From IMG/VR virus record IMGVR_UViG_3300022602_000075, positions 1 to 64,000 of that record: DNA of 64,000 bases, one strand, 5' to 3'. This stretch comes from a virus. Made by a program: the position numbers and the translations under genes. Shown here piece after piece: positions 9,598 to 19,870 of the stretch. The notes beneath the pieces are model-generated. The model worked only from the letters and a program-made list of their open reading frames with translations, was not told the DNA's origin and did no database searches. Position 1 is the first letter of the stretch; each line of letters begins with the position of its first letter.

Positions 9598-10488
9598 TTA
9601 TTCATCAGAGGAAATCTTCATATCGCGCATTTGCCTAGTGAAACTTGGAGTTAAGTTATTCATTTCAAGAATGTCATCGCGTATATTTTGATTTCTCTTT
9701 TCTGTATTTAGCACACGACAGAAAGAATTGGTGATAGCCGCTGTGTAATAAGCAAATGGATTAGAAGACCTGGCTTCATTGAATCTTAACCCAACATAAG
9801 TTAATTGCAGAATGGCTGAGTTACGCATTTCATCGTTGTAAGTGTAACCTCTCCAGTTAAATTTCATTGCGTACTTTTCGCAAAGCATGATATACATACG
9901 GGCTAACTTATCGGTGATCTGTCCGTGATCTTTAGAGAACTCTCCAGTCTTTACGCCGCCCCGCCAATGAGATTTACCTACGCAGTATGGATCGCCGTTT
10001 TCGTCAATTTTAAAATGCTGAAATGGTGGGAAGTTTACTTTGACATGAACCATGTCATCTACTGCATCTTTAGTGCTTGGATCTTCCAAATCATCAAATA
10101 GATTTTCTTCACTATCTTCAAATTCAAAAATATCTTTGGCTGTTTTCTTTTTGACTACTTTTCTGGGCTGCTTAGCAGCAACAGGTACATGATCCCAAGT
10201 CATTACTCGGAAAATCAAATCAGTAGTAGGGATATCTTTGTGGGTTAGTTTTTCGTCTTTACCTACAGAAAGCCTAGTAGCCCTAAGTTCTTTGGCTTCT
10301 TTGATCTTACTAGCCTTGCACATTGCTTTTAGTGCAGAGTCTAGATTGTCGCTAGAAGTATCTATGATTAGGTCATAGACGTTGTATTCTTGTTTGGTAA
10401 AGCAGCAATATGAAGTTTTGCTGGCGTGAATTTCTTTTAAAATGTCTTTATTGTTTAGATAATTGACAGGTTTCTTTGCTATAGACAT
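9598..10488 (-). CDS. Late transcription sigma factor (T4 gp55-like)
   Basis: NYLNNKDILKEI start, FNWRGYTYNDEM, SNPFAYYT motif. Start chosen at ATG 10488 behind the AAGGA RBS. Same gp55-gp47-gp46 order as T4. Confidence 0.85.
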   Translation of the reverse strand: MSIAKKPVNYLNNKDILKEIHASKTSYCCFTKQEYNVYDLIIDTSSDNLDSALKAMCKASKIKEAKELRATRLSVGKDEKLTHKDIPTTDLIFRVMTWDHVPVAAKQPRKVVKKKTAKDIFEFEDSEENLFDDLEDPSTKDAVDDMVHVKVNFPPFQHFKIDENGDPYCVGKSHWRGGVKTGEFSKDHGQITDKLARMYIMLCEKYAMKFNWRGYTYNDEMRNSAILQLTYVGLRFNEARSSNPFAYYTAAITNSFCRVLNTEKRNQNIRDDILEMNNLTPSFTRQMRDMKISSDE

Positions 10489-10514
10489 AATTTCCTTGTT
10501 ATTGTGATAAAACA

Positions 10515-10556
10515 ATATTACACGACATGTTGGATAATGTCAATAAGTTATTGATT
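10515..10556 (-). promoter_or_regulatory. Sigma70-type promoter for the late sigma gene with an adjacent IHF-like box
   Basis: Minus strand TTGACA-N17-TAATAT, immediately preceded by AATCAATAACTTA (fits WATCAANNNNTTR). Confidence 0.65.
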
Positions 10557-10627
10557 AAATTGGGGGTTTTTTGAACGATAAATATACGAAGACAGTCTAT
10601 TTATGTCTGGAAAAAGAGAACTAACAT

Positions 10628-11998
10628 ATGGCAACAGGGTCGGCTACAAAAACTACTAATAGCGGTTGGACAGTAACAACAGTTTATGATACAGCCACAT
10701 CACAAGGGGTAATGACTTTTACTGGGCCAAATGGAGAAGTCGTTACTTATACTTCCGGTGCTGGTCAGGGCACCATCGAAAGTGCCTTTCAGGCTGCAGG
10801 AATACCGATACCTAATGGACTTGCCCTTACAGGATTGTCTACGCTTACGGCTGCTAGATTTTATGCAAACCAGGCAGCACAAGCCGGGGCATCCGAATCA
10901 GCGGCTACCCCGGTTTCGCCTGTTGCAGACACTACAGCAAATGCAGCACAGACAACCGCGGTAACTGATTCAGGCGCAAACGCCACTCCAACCCAAGGAA
11001 CGACACCAGAAACTCCGCCGGCTGACACGCTACAAGAAGTGCAGGTAACGGCACAACCTGTTCCAACTCAAGGAACAGAACCTCTTCCCGTACCGTCTGG
11101 TGATTTAGGAGAAATTGTTGTAACAGCACCCCGAGATACAGGTGAAGACACTGATAGTTCTTCCGATTCAGAAAGTGACGGAATTAGCGGAGATGAACTT
11201 AGCGCCCAAGAACAGGCTGCACTACAAGAGGCTACTAATTTTGCATTAGGTAGAGATTGGAGAGTAAGATTAGCATTGGCTCCGGGATCTAATTATCTTT
11301 ACAACGCTAACCCTCCAGGAATATTGGGCCCCTTAAAAGCCACACAAGGTGTTATATTTCCGTACACTCCAGATATTCAGGTTGCGTATACAAGCAACTA
11401 CGAATCGCTTGCCCTTACGCACAGTAACTACAAGATATTTCAATACCAAAGCAGCGGAGTAGATCAGGTAACAATCTCATGTCCATTTACTGCTCAAGAT
11501 ACTAGCGAAGCACTTTATCTTTTAGCAGTAATACATTTTTTCAGAACTGCAACAAAGATGTTTTATGGTCAAGATCAAGATCCTGTTTCAGGTCTACCCC
11601 CTCCTTTGTGCTATCTGTACGGTTTAGGAGCATTTCAATTTGACAATCACCCGCTAGTAATTAGCAACTTTACTTATTCTCTACCCAACGAAGTAGACTA
11701 TATAAGAGTAAGTACAAACACTGTTCAACCTGGTGTAGGAACTACTGGTAGTAATTTTCCTACTAGTTTACCTGAACTAATACAACAAACTCGTTTAGGA
11801 AGTATAGCACCGGGGGGCACGGTACAACCTGTTGATTTTGGGATACCTAGTACCGGAACTGTTCCTGCTACTTATGTACCAACTATGATGACCATGTCAA
11901 TTACTTGCTACCCAATCGTAAGCAGAAATGACATTAGTAATAACTTTAGCGTTAAGAAATATGCAACCGGTGAACTGACAACTAGAGGATTTTGGTAA
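10628..11998 (+). CDS. Baseplate tail-tube initiator/cap-like protein (gp48/gp54-like) with low-complexity N-terminal region
   Basis: GVIFPYTP, HFFRTATKMFYG and PPP.C.L.G.G...F...P.VI..F motifs; first gene of the baseplate operon. Confidence 0.6.
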   Translation: MATGSATKTTNSGWTVTTVYDTATSQGVMTFTGPNGEVVTYTSGAGQGTIESAFQAAGIPIPNGLALTGLSTLTAARFYANQAAQAGASESAATPVSPVADTTANAAQTTAVTDSGANATPTQGTTPETPPADTLQEVQVTAQPVPTQGTEPLPVPSGDLGEIVVTAPRDTGEDTDSSSDSESDGISGDELSAQEQAALQEATNFALGRDWRVRLALAPGSNYLYNANPPGILGPLKATQGVIFPYTPDIQVAYTSNYESLALTHSNYKIFQYQSSGVDQVTISCPFTAQDTSEALYLLAVIHFFRTATKMFYGQDQDPVSGLPPPLCYLYGLGAFQFDNHPLVISNFTYSLPNEVDYIRVSTNTVQPGVGTTGSNFPTSLPELIQQTRLGSIAPGGTVQPVDFGIPSTGTVPATYVPTMMTMSITCYPIVSRNDISNNFSVKKYATGELTTRGFW

Positions 11999-12312
11999 TG
12001 TCGAATCAAGCAATATATCCTGCTTCAAGCAGTTATTACAGCACTGATATTTTTAACAACAAGTTTTTGGATATCATGCAGTATCGTCCAATACCTAGTT
12101 TAAATTCGGACATTTATTATATTATACCCCCTGTATATCAGTATAGACCTGATTTACTAGCATATGACTTATATCAAGATCCTCGTTTGTGGTGGGTCTT
12201 TGCACAACGAAATCCAAACAGACTAGGGCCTGATCCTTATTTTAATTTCGTAGCCGGGCTAGGAATATACGTGCCACAATTGGCAACTTTAAAACAGACT
12301 TTAGGTATCTAA
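11998..12312 (+). CDS. Baseplate wedge protein (gp53-like, LysM-like)
   Basis: YRPDLLAYDLY..PRLWWVF motif; ATG overlaps the upstream stop (TAATG). Confidence 0.8.
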   Translation: MSNQAIYPASSSYYSTDIFNNKFLDIMQYRPIPSLNSDIYYIIPPVYQYRPDLLAYDLYQDPRLWWVFAQRNPNRLGPDPYFNFVAGLGIYVPQLATLKQTLGI

Positions 12313-12315
12313 TTC

Positions 12316-15300
12316 GTGACTACTGTTACTAATCCAATGACGACCACCATTGATTTAGGTGAAGGTAAGACAGCCTATGTTACTACCGAACTTGATCCCA
12401 ATACTGGTTCATACACAACTACTGTAAATATCCCTGCATTTGGAGTTAGTTATCAAGGAACTCCCCAAAGTGTAATGAACCAACTGTCAAACTTGAATAA
12501 TCAATTAGTTGAGAATAATGAAATCGAACCCAGCGGTGATGTAAACATTAACCTATCAACGGTAGTTCCTCAAGCAATAACAAGTCAACAATTTAATATT
12601 GGAAAATTAGTCAACGCTCCCAATACTGACGCTGCTACCCCTGTACCCGCTCCTGATATTCCAACTACAACGGGAAATTATAGTACTTCAACTACTACGA
12701 CTACAACGACTACCGCGCATACAGGTGGCGGCTCTGTTATAACTTCAGTCAATCCTGACGGCACTATAACAAAAACTGTAGTGCCTGGTCAAAACAGCAC
12801 AGTTACAACAACTACAACAGAGAGTGCTAATCCCGATTCATCTCCGCAACCTCTGCCAGCAGTAAACACGCCCGCACAGCAAGTAGCACCCGGATTGCAA
12901 ACAACTCAAGAAAACACACCACAAATAACGGGCAGTGCTGATGAAGATCGTAATGCACAAAACGCTGCTGCTTCTAATCAACAATCGGGAGTGGTAGTTA
13001 ATAATTCAGGGAATAATCCTTCAACAAGCCCGGCTAGTGCAACATCTGCTAGTAGTCCCGGGGCTACTACACAATCAACTTCATCCAGTGGTGCAGTTGG
13101 TGGATTAAATGCACCGGGTGCTAGAGTAGAAAACCCATTATCTAGTTTGGCTAGTTATAATTATATAATCAGTTTATATACTATGTCTCCTGCAGCCCAC
13201 GATGCTTGGGTACAATCGGGCAAAAAAGACCCCGCTGCATTGGGCGGAGCACAAATGGGACAAGTAGCAAATGGTGTGTACCTAATATGTCAAAGCGGTG
13301 GAATTAACAACACTACTACGCAGCGCGCACCGGGATTTGAACTAGATTACTATATTGATAATTTAAAATGCACTAGTCTTATCAATGCCAAAGCATCGGG
13401 CGGTGATTACTTCAATATAGAATTCTCTTTTACTATCACAGAACCATATGGATTTTCTTTTATAACAAATCTAAGAAAAGCACAGTCTATATTATATAAT
13501 TCACCGCAAACTACCGCATCAGGATCATCAAGCACAAATGCTGCTGGGCCACCTGCAAATCCTCTTAAAGGAATGTATATTTTAGGCATTAAATTTTTAG
13601 GATGGAATTTAGATGGTAGCCAGGCTACGGGACAAGAGCAATTTACAGGTGGAACGCTAGATGAAAATGGCACACAAAATGGGTTGTTTCAACAGTATTA
13701 CGATATTCAAATAACCGGTTGCACATTTAAACTAGACGGCAGACCTGTAGTTTATAATATTACCGCAGTTCCCCTGAACACAGGTGCAGGATTAGGAACA
13801 AAGAGGGCTACGATAGATACACCAATCAGTATTGAAGGTGGTACTGTAGATAGCGCATTTAACGGACCAACTGGCATAATAACTCAAATGAACAATAACG
13901 AAGCTAACCTGGTAAAAACTGGTAAAGCGCAATATGCAAACACATATGAATTAACTTATTTAGGGCCAGACGTAGATTTGATAAAAAATGCAACCATAGT
14001 ATCAGCCGCTGACGTAGACAAATACAAATGGGCTAACGCAGATGTGAAAAAGCCCAGTGATTCAAATGACGCTACCGCACAAAAGTCCCCACCTAACAAT
14101 ACTACTAGAACAGTATCGATTGGTGCCGGCACCAATATATCTGCCGCCATAGGTAGTATTATAAAACAAAGTTCTTATTTGACTAGTGCATTAAATGCTG
14201 TTTATACAACTAGTCTTGAGCCTACCAGTCAAGGTAGTCCTGAAGCACAGACTAACGATAAACCTAAAAAAATTGCTTGGTACAACTTATCTGTAGAAAC
14301 TACACAGGCTAAATGGGATATTACTAGAGGAGACTGGGTATATCATATAAGTTATGTTATAACGACATATGATACTCCTTCTATTCAAACACCTTATGCT
14401 AGTGATGCTGGAGAATATCTAGGCCCGTACAAGAGATATGACTATTGGTTTACTGGACAAAATAAAGAAGTTATGGGATTGAGTTTTAACTATGATACTT
14501 CTTACTTTTTAGGTACTCAAGACGCTTCTACGACACCTAACAATTCGGCTTCACAAAACAACAACGCACCTTACGCACCTAATAAACCGGCTGGTGGAAG
14601 CAATCAGGCTAGACTTGGATTAGGTATGATAGCACAGAATTCATATACAACATATTTGTACGATCCCCAAGCATATCAGAGCGTACAAATGAAAATAATG
14701 GGAGATCCAGATTATCTAGTAACTTTGTCTCCACCCCCGCCAAATGCGGCAGAAGTTTATAATAAATTCTACGGTCCCGGAAAAACAATAAATCCAAAAA
14801 GCAGTCAGTGTTTCATAGAAGTTAACTTCTTAGAAGCAACAGACTACGATAATAACACTGGTGTGTTAAATCTAAACGATCAAATATTCTTTGGATTAGG
14901 CTCTCCTAGTTCAGGAGTTACCCCTAAAGGAATCATATTCATGGTAATACAAGTTGACAACGATTTTGTAGGCGGTAAGTTCACACAAACAATTACAATG
15001 AATGGCACGCCTTGGCCTAACATATCAAATCAGCCTAATCCTAATATACCTAGACCAGGCACTGCTCCTAGTAATTCCGGGAACACTAGCAGTTCTGGCA
15101 CAAGCACTGGATCAGGCCCTACACCCGGTAACAATAACGCAACTGCACAATATACCGGATTACGAGGATCGGCGTATACTCCCGACGAAGCAGCGAATGC
15201 TGCGGCTTGGGCAGCAGCAACTAAAGCAGAATATTTGGCAAGTTTAAAAGCAGGCTCTGGTAACGGAAGCACCACACCTACACCAAAGACTACCCCAACC

Positions 15301-15411
15301 GGGCCTCAAGGTCAACAAGTGGCAGACGGAGACGCAAATCCAAATCCAGGTGGAACAACTACTGCATCAGGACAGCCTGCAGTCCCGCAATATATAAATT
15401 CAAGAGCATAA
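12316..15411 (+). CDS. Baseplate hub-like protein (gp27/VgrG-type position)
   Basis: 1031 aa between gp53-like and gp5-like genes; FTITEPYG, IMGDPDY and F.GGKFTQ motifs; Thr/Ser/Pro-rich termini. Confidence 0.55.
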   Translation: MTTVTNPMTTTIDLGEGKTAYVTTELDPNTGSYTTTVNIPAFGVSYQGTPQSVMNQLSNLNNQLVENNEIEPSGDVNINLSTVVPQAITSQQFNIGKLVNAPNTDAATPVPAPDIPTTTGNYSTSTTTTTTTTAHTGGGSVITSVNPDGTITKTVVPGQNSTVTTTTTESANPDSSPQPLPAVNTPAQQVAPGLQTTQENTPQITGSADEDRNAQNAAASNQQSGVVVNNSGNNPSTSPASATSASSPGATTQSTSSSGAVGGLNAPGARVENPLSSLASYNYIISLYTMSPAAHDAWVQSGKKDPAALGGAQMGQVANGVYLICQSGGINNTTTQRAPGFELDYYIDNLKCTSLINAKASGGDYFNIEFSFTITEPYGFSFITNLRKAQSILYNSPQTTASGSSSTNAAGPPANPLKGMYILGIKFLGWNLDGSQATGQEQFTGGTLDENGTQNGLFQQYYDIQITGCTFKLDGRPVVYNITAVPLNTGAGLGTKRATIDTPISIEGGTVDSAFNGPTGIITQMNNNEANLVKTGKAQYANTYELTYLGPDVDLIKNATIVSAADVDKYKWANADVKKPSDSNDATAQKSPPNNTTRTVSIGAGTNISAAIGSIIKQSSYLTSALNAVYTTSLEPTSQGSPEAQTNDKPKKIAWYNLSVETTQAKWDITRGDWVYHISYVITTYDTPSIQTPYASDAGEYLGPYKRYDYWFTGQNKEVMGLSFNYDTSYFLGTQDASTTPNNSASQNNNAPYAPNKPAGGSNQARLGLGMIAQNSYTTYLYDPQAYQSVQMKIMGDPDYLVTLSPPPPNAAEVYNKFYGPGKTINPKSSQCFIEVNFLEATDYDNNTGVLNLNDQIFFGLGSPSSGVTPKGIIFMVIQVDNDFVGGKFTQTITMNGTPWPNISNQPNPNIPRPGTAPSNSGNTSSSGTSTGSGPTPGNNNATAQYTGLRGSAYTPDEAANAAAWAAATKAEYLASLKAGSGNGSTTPTPKTTPTGPQGQQVADGDANPNPGGTTTASGQPAVPQYINSRA

Positions 15412-15412
15412 T

Positions 15413-16924
15413 ATGTTAGACAATACCTCCAATCCCAGAAGCATACCTAAAGCATACAAGATAGACTCAGGAGGTGCTGCAACAGTACCTGTACCTGTAT
15501 TTGCAGTAGTAAAAGATAACATTGATCCAACTCGTTCAGGAAGAATTCGTGTTTACATTTCTGGTATCACAGTAAAGCCACCTGAAGATCCTAGCAGTTG
15601 GACTACTGTATCTTTTTTAAGTCCTTATTTTGGTAGTGTACAAGGTGACTCTAATAACACAGGTTACGGCACGTTTAAAGGCAACCCAAGTTCTTATGGC
15701 ATGTGGATGGCTCCGCCTGATATAGGTTCTACAGTACTGTGCATTTTTGCTAATGGTGATCTTAACTATGGATTTTATGTAGGAGCAGTCCCTAACGCTG
15801 ACGCCTTACAAATGATTCCTGCAATTGGAGCAGTTGATAATGTAGTTCCTAATCAAGGTGAAGCGCAAAGTTATGGTGGAGCAACTAGACTGCCTGTAAC
15901 TAATATAAATTCTAACAACACAAACTTAGCAGATAGTCCAGATTTTTTAAGCGCACCTAAACCAGTTCATAGTTATTCAGCAGCAGTTATGTTTCAACAG
16001 GGCGTGCTTAGAGATCCAGTTAGAGGTCCTATATCATCTAGTGCGAATAGAGAAACTCCTAGTAGAGTAGGTTGGGGAGTTAGCACTCCAGGAAGACCTA
16101 TATACCAAGGTGGTTATGATGATACTTCTGTTGCTGCAAATTTAGATGCTAGTAAAGGTGAAAAACTACAAGTAGTTTCTCGCCGAGGTGGCCATACAAT
16201 CGTAATGGATGATGGTGACTTGATTGGTAGAGATCAACTTATCAGAATAAGAACTGCTTTAGGTCATCAAATTACAATGAGTGATGACGGACAGACTTTA
16301 TTGATACTTCACTCAAATGGTCAATCATATATTGAATTAGGTAAAGAAGGCACAGTCGATATCTACTCTACTAATTCATTTAATGTAAGAACACAAGGTG
16401 ATCTTAATTTACACGCAGACAATAATATTAATATTCATGCTATGAAAACGCTTAATATACAAGCAAAGGCTATGAATCTTAATTCTGAAACTACATATAA
16501 TCAGCGAGTGGGTTCTGATTACGCAGTAAGCGCGGCAGGCAAATTTACTGTATTAGCAGGTGGAGCATTAAGTATAGGAGCAGGTGGCGATGGATCATTT
16601 GCTGCTGGCGGGATAGCATATATCAACGGCAGCAAAGTAAATTTAAACACTGGACAAACAGGAACTCAACCTCAAGCAGTCAAGCCTATACCTATAGTAG
16701 CACAGACAGACACGCTACACGATGCAACAAAGGGTTTCATAGCAGCACCTGCAAAATTACTGACTATCGTTTCACGCGCTCCTGCTCATATGCCTTGGGC
16801 TAATGCAGGTCAGGGTGTAAATGTAAAGGTTAAATTAAGCGCATCAAGTCAGTTGCCCTCTGCTCCCTCTACAGCATTAAATAATGTTAATAATACTGCC
16901 TCTTCAAATGGTACTGGAGTATAA
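15413..16924 (+). CDS. Baseplate central spike (gp5/VgrG OB-fold plus beta-helix)
   Basis: VKDNIDPTRSGRIRV, PPDIGSTVL, GHTIVMDD and a repetitive beta-strand C-terminus. Confidence 0.8.
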   Translation: MLDNTSNPRSIPKAYKIDSGGAATVPVPVFAVVKDNIDPTRSGRIRVYISGITVKPPEDPSSWTTVSFLSPYFGSVQGDSNNTGYGTFKGNPSSYGMWMAPPDIGSTVLCIFANGDLNYGFYVGAVPNADALQMIPAIGAVDNVVPNQGEAQSYGGATRLPVTNINSNNTNLADSPDFLSAPKPVHSYSAAVMFQQGVLRDPVRGPISSSANRETPSRVGWGVSTPGRPIYQGGYDDTSVAANLDASKGEKLQVVSRRGGHTIVMDDGDLIGRDQLIRIRTALGHQITMSDDGQTLLILHSNGQSYIELGKEGTVDIYSTNSFNVRTQGDLNLHADNNINIHAMKTLNIQAKAMNLNSETTYNQRVGSDYAVSAAGKFTVLAGGALSIGAGGDGSFAAGGIAYINGSKVNLNTGQTGTQPQAVKPIPIVAQTDTLHDATKGFIAAPAKLLTIVSRAPAHMPWANAGQGVNVKVKLSASSQLPSAPSTALNNVNNTASSNGTGV

Positions 16925-19357
16925 ATGGCTGACGACTCATCAACTGAAACTAACACCGCAGAAACAGGTGCAGTAATACCTGCAGTAGACCTTACATCAC
17001 TGCCGGTTACTGCTCCCGTTATAGCGTCTCAACCAGATACGCCACCGGTTAGTGATTCAATTGATAAGACTGCAACAAGCGCACTATTGGGAACAATGCA
17101 ACAAACGGTCGCAACTGACCCTAATCTTGCGCTAGCAGCATCAACTGGTTCTACAGTAGTGAATGACGAGAATGGAGTACCCCAACTAGTCATAGGACAA
17201 TATGGACAAACCCCTGATCAACTTGAAGCAGCGGGAATACTCAAGCCCGGATCAGCGCAATTAGTTAACTCAGCAATTGCCAGCGGGATAGATGTAGACA
17301 CAGCCATGCCTCCAAATCTATTTACCGGGGAACAAGGTATTACTAGTTTAGATTCTTACATCAATAATCCTACAGCCCAAGCATCGGTGTCAGTAACATC
17401 GCTACAACAATCACAAACACAACTAACAGATGCCGGCTTAATTACTGGACAAGAAGATTCTTCACAAATATCAGGAGTAGTATTGTCGGGAGCAACCGTA
17501 GGAGTTCCTGAAACGCTCGACGCTATTAACTATGTTAATTCTCAAACTCCAAACATAGAGCCTGACCCAAGTGTACTTACACAAATATCACCCGGGGGTT
17601 ACGGTGTTAATTCATCGTCTCCTTTGTCATCAGTGGGAGGATCAATCAACAGTTTTGCTTCTAAAGGAGTATCCAGTATCTCAGCGCGATTGAGTGGATC
17701 TACTGGGTCATTTGCAGGGAGCATATCAGGATCATTTAATTCGTTATCGGGCGGATCTATATCTGCATCATTTGGATCTATCTCTGGGGTATCGGGTAGA
17801 ATAATGGGGACCATCAGTAAAGGTAACTTTGCGGCTGGTGCAGGCTCACTGTCAGTTGGATCATTAAGCGGGTTAAGTTTATCACTTAGCGCACTATCAA
17901 ATGTACCAAGTTTATCTAGTTTGACTGTATCAGTTAGGGGAGCATCCGCATCGGCATTTTATGCAATAGCAGCAAGTTTTAGACCTCTACAACCAGGTGT
18001 ACCTCAAAATCTAACAGTATTAGCAAAACAGGCCGCAGCAAGAACAGCGGGCGCAGCAAGCATAGGTGGATCACTATCGCTATCTAATGGATTGAAGAGT
18101 TTAACTGGTTCTATATCGGGATCATTGTCAGGTAGTATAGGGGGCGTATCAGGATCTATTTCTTTGTCAGGTGGATTAAGCAGTATAGGTGGCTCTATTT
18201 CTGGTGCAGTAAGTGGTATAAGTGGCTCTATTTCTGGCGCAGTAGGTGGAATATCGGGAAGCATTGGAGGATTAGCAACTAGTTCCTCACTAGCAGCAGT
18301 AGGTGCAGCAACTTCAGCGATAAGTGGTACTCTTGCAATACAAGGTATTATAGGTGGCAACTCATCTAAATCATCTAGGTCTGCACCAGGTTCACTATCT
18401 GGTACTGGAATAAGTGGATTTATACAGGCATCAACAGTGCAAAGTGTTAATAACTTAAGACCTACTGTAGGAGGATATGCTAGTACTAGTTCTTTAGTAA
18501 ACAGTGCTGGTTCAGGTTCTACAGGTCTATACCAAGCAGCATTATCAGTAAGTTCGGGAGCATTGCATGTTTCGGCAGCAGCAATGGCTAGCGGTGTTAA
18601 TAATTTACCCGGGGGCGCGGGCAGTATTTCCTCTGTAGTTAACAACTCTTCTAAGTCATTAATGTCAGTTCCTGGACTAAGTTCTATTTCAAATTTGGCT
18701 AAAAAAGCCTCTGCAAGTTTGCTCAATAATATAATACCAAGTAATCCATTTTCTACTTCAAATTTGGGAAGTAGTCTTTCAGGTGGCTTAGGAGGGGTAG
18801 AATCTATAACAAGCGGCAGTGCCTTAGTTGATGCTGCAAATTTAGGAACTCCTGACTTAAATGCTGATCTACCAGATTTACCTGATATAGACGCAGCATC
18901 CGGAGATTTATCAAGTCTAGCAACTACTGGACTGTCTGCAGGAGACGCCGCTCAACTAGAAGCCTCTGTGTCTGCACTTGGTACAGGTGGGCCATCGCCG
19001 GTTAAAATGCCTACAGTCGCTATGAATACCGTCGATAGATCGGATCTTGTTGCAGGAATAAACGATCAACTAGGTGATCCTGGAATTCCTGCTCCAAATT
19101 TCTTAGACGATGTATCACCTGTTGCAATTGACGAACTAGACCAAGTACAGCAGCAAGAAGCCAATGCAACACAAGCAGTAGATCAAATTGATGCGTACAA
19201 TATTCAAGTACAAGCAGCATATCAGTCTTATTATTTGGCTCTACAAAACTACCCACAGGGTGATCCCAGAATCGAACAAGCGCATCAAGCGTATCTATCA
19301 CTGCAAAATTCTCCAGAACTAGCCCAGTTGTACAAACAGGCTAATATAAATGTTTAA
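16925..19357 (+). CDS. Virion protein with a long Gly/Ser-rich region
   Basis: 810-aa ORF between the spike and gp25-like genes; acidic termini and central SISG-type repeats. Confidence 0.6.
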   Translation: MADDSSTETNTAETGAVIPAVDLTSLPVTAPVIASQPDTPPVSDSIDKTATSALLGTMQQTVATDPNLALAASTGSTVVNDENGVPQLVIGQYGQTPDQLEAAGILKPGSAQLVNSAIASGIDVDTAMPPNLFTGEQGITSLDSYINNPTAQASVSVTSLQQSQTQLTDAGLITGQEDSSQISGVVLSGATVGVPETLDAINYVNSQTPNIEPDPSVLTQISPGGYGVNSSSPLSSVGGSINSFASKGVSSISARLSGSTGSFAGSISGSFNSLSGGSISASFGSISGVSGRIMGTISKGNFAAGAGSLSVGSLSGLSLSLSALSNVPSLSSLTVSVRGASASAFYAIAASFRPLQPGVPQNLTVLAKQAAARTAGAASIGGSLSLSNGLKSLTGSISGSLSGSIGGVSGSISLSGGLSSIGGSISGAVSGISGSISGAVGGISGSIGGLATSSSLAAVGAATSAISGTLAIQGIIGGNSSKSSRSAPGSLSGTGISGFIQASTVQSVNNLRPTVGGYASTSSLVNSAGSGSTGLYQAALSVSSGALHVSAAAMASGVNNLPGGAGSISSVVNNSSKSLMSVPGLSSISNLAKKASASLLNNIIPSNPFSTSNLGSSLSGGLGGVESITSGSALVDAANLGTPDLNADLPDLPDIDAASGDLSSLATTGLSAGDAAQLEASVSALGTGGPSPVKMPTVAMNTVDRSDLVAGINDQLGDPGIPAPNFLDDVSPVAIDELDQVQQQEANATQAVDQIDAYNIQVQAAYQSYYLALQNYPQGDPRIEQAHQAYLSLQNSPELAQLYKQANINV

Positions 19358-19368
19358 TAAATAATACT

Positions 19369-19818
19369 ATGCCTACATACATTGGATTTTCAACGATACA
19401 AGCCAACCAACCCAGAAGCACTAATGCTAACTCTGGCAACAATGGTGGCCCGGGTAATCTAGTAAAGCCAATTTCTTACGGTAATAAGTTTAAAATAGTA
19501 GATGAACAATTGGTTTTGCGAGATTTCTTAAACGCTCTTAACATACCGTTAGGTCAAAAAGTAGGACAACCTCAGTATGGGACAACGATTTGGTCGTTTG
19601 TGTTTGAACCAAACACATCAGATACGCAATATCAATTAGAAAATGAAATCAGAAGAATAGCAGGGTTAGATCCTAGAATTCAGTTGGGCTATGTGAAAGC
19701 ATTTCCTAAACTAAACGGAATACTTTTAGAAGTACAAATGGCTGTAAATCCATTCAACAACCCATCAGTAATAAGCATTTTCTTTAACCCGGCTAATAAC
19801 TCAGCAGTATTGCAGTAA
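19369..19818 (+). CDS. Baseplate wedge subunit (gp25-like)
   Basis: G.K...P.YGT.IWSFVFEP...DPRI motif. Confidence 0.9.
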   Translation: MPTYIGFSTIQANQPRSTNANSGNNGGPGNLVKPISYGNKFKIVDEQLVLRDFLNALNIPLGQKVGQPQYGTTIWSFVFEPNTSDTQYQLENEIRRIAGLDPRIQLGYVKAFPKLNGILLEVQMAVNPFNNPSVISIFFNPANNSAVLQ

Positions 19819-19870
19819 CCTTTAAAAGTCGTAGTTTTTGTACTGATAAATAATAAAAACGGTATAAATT

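Noticed and set aside
17599-18726. Antisense ORFs of 71 and 240 aa
   Set aside because: By-products of low-complexity Gly/Ser codons in the sense gene.
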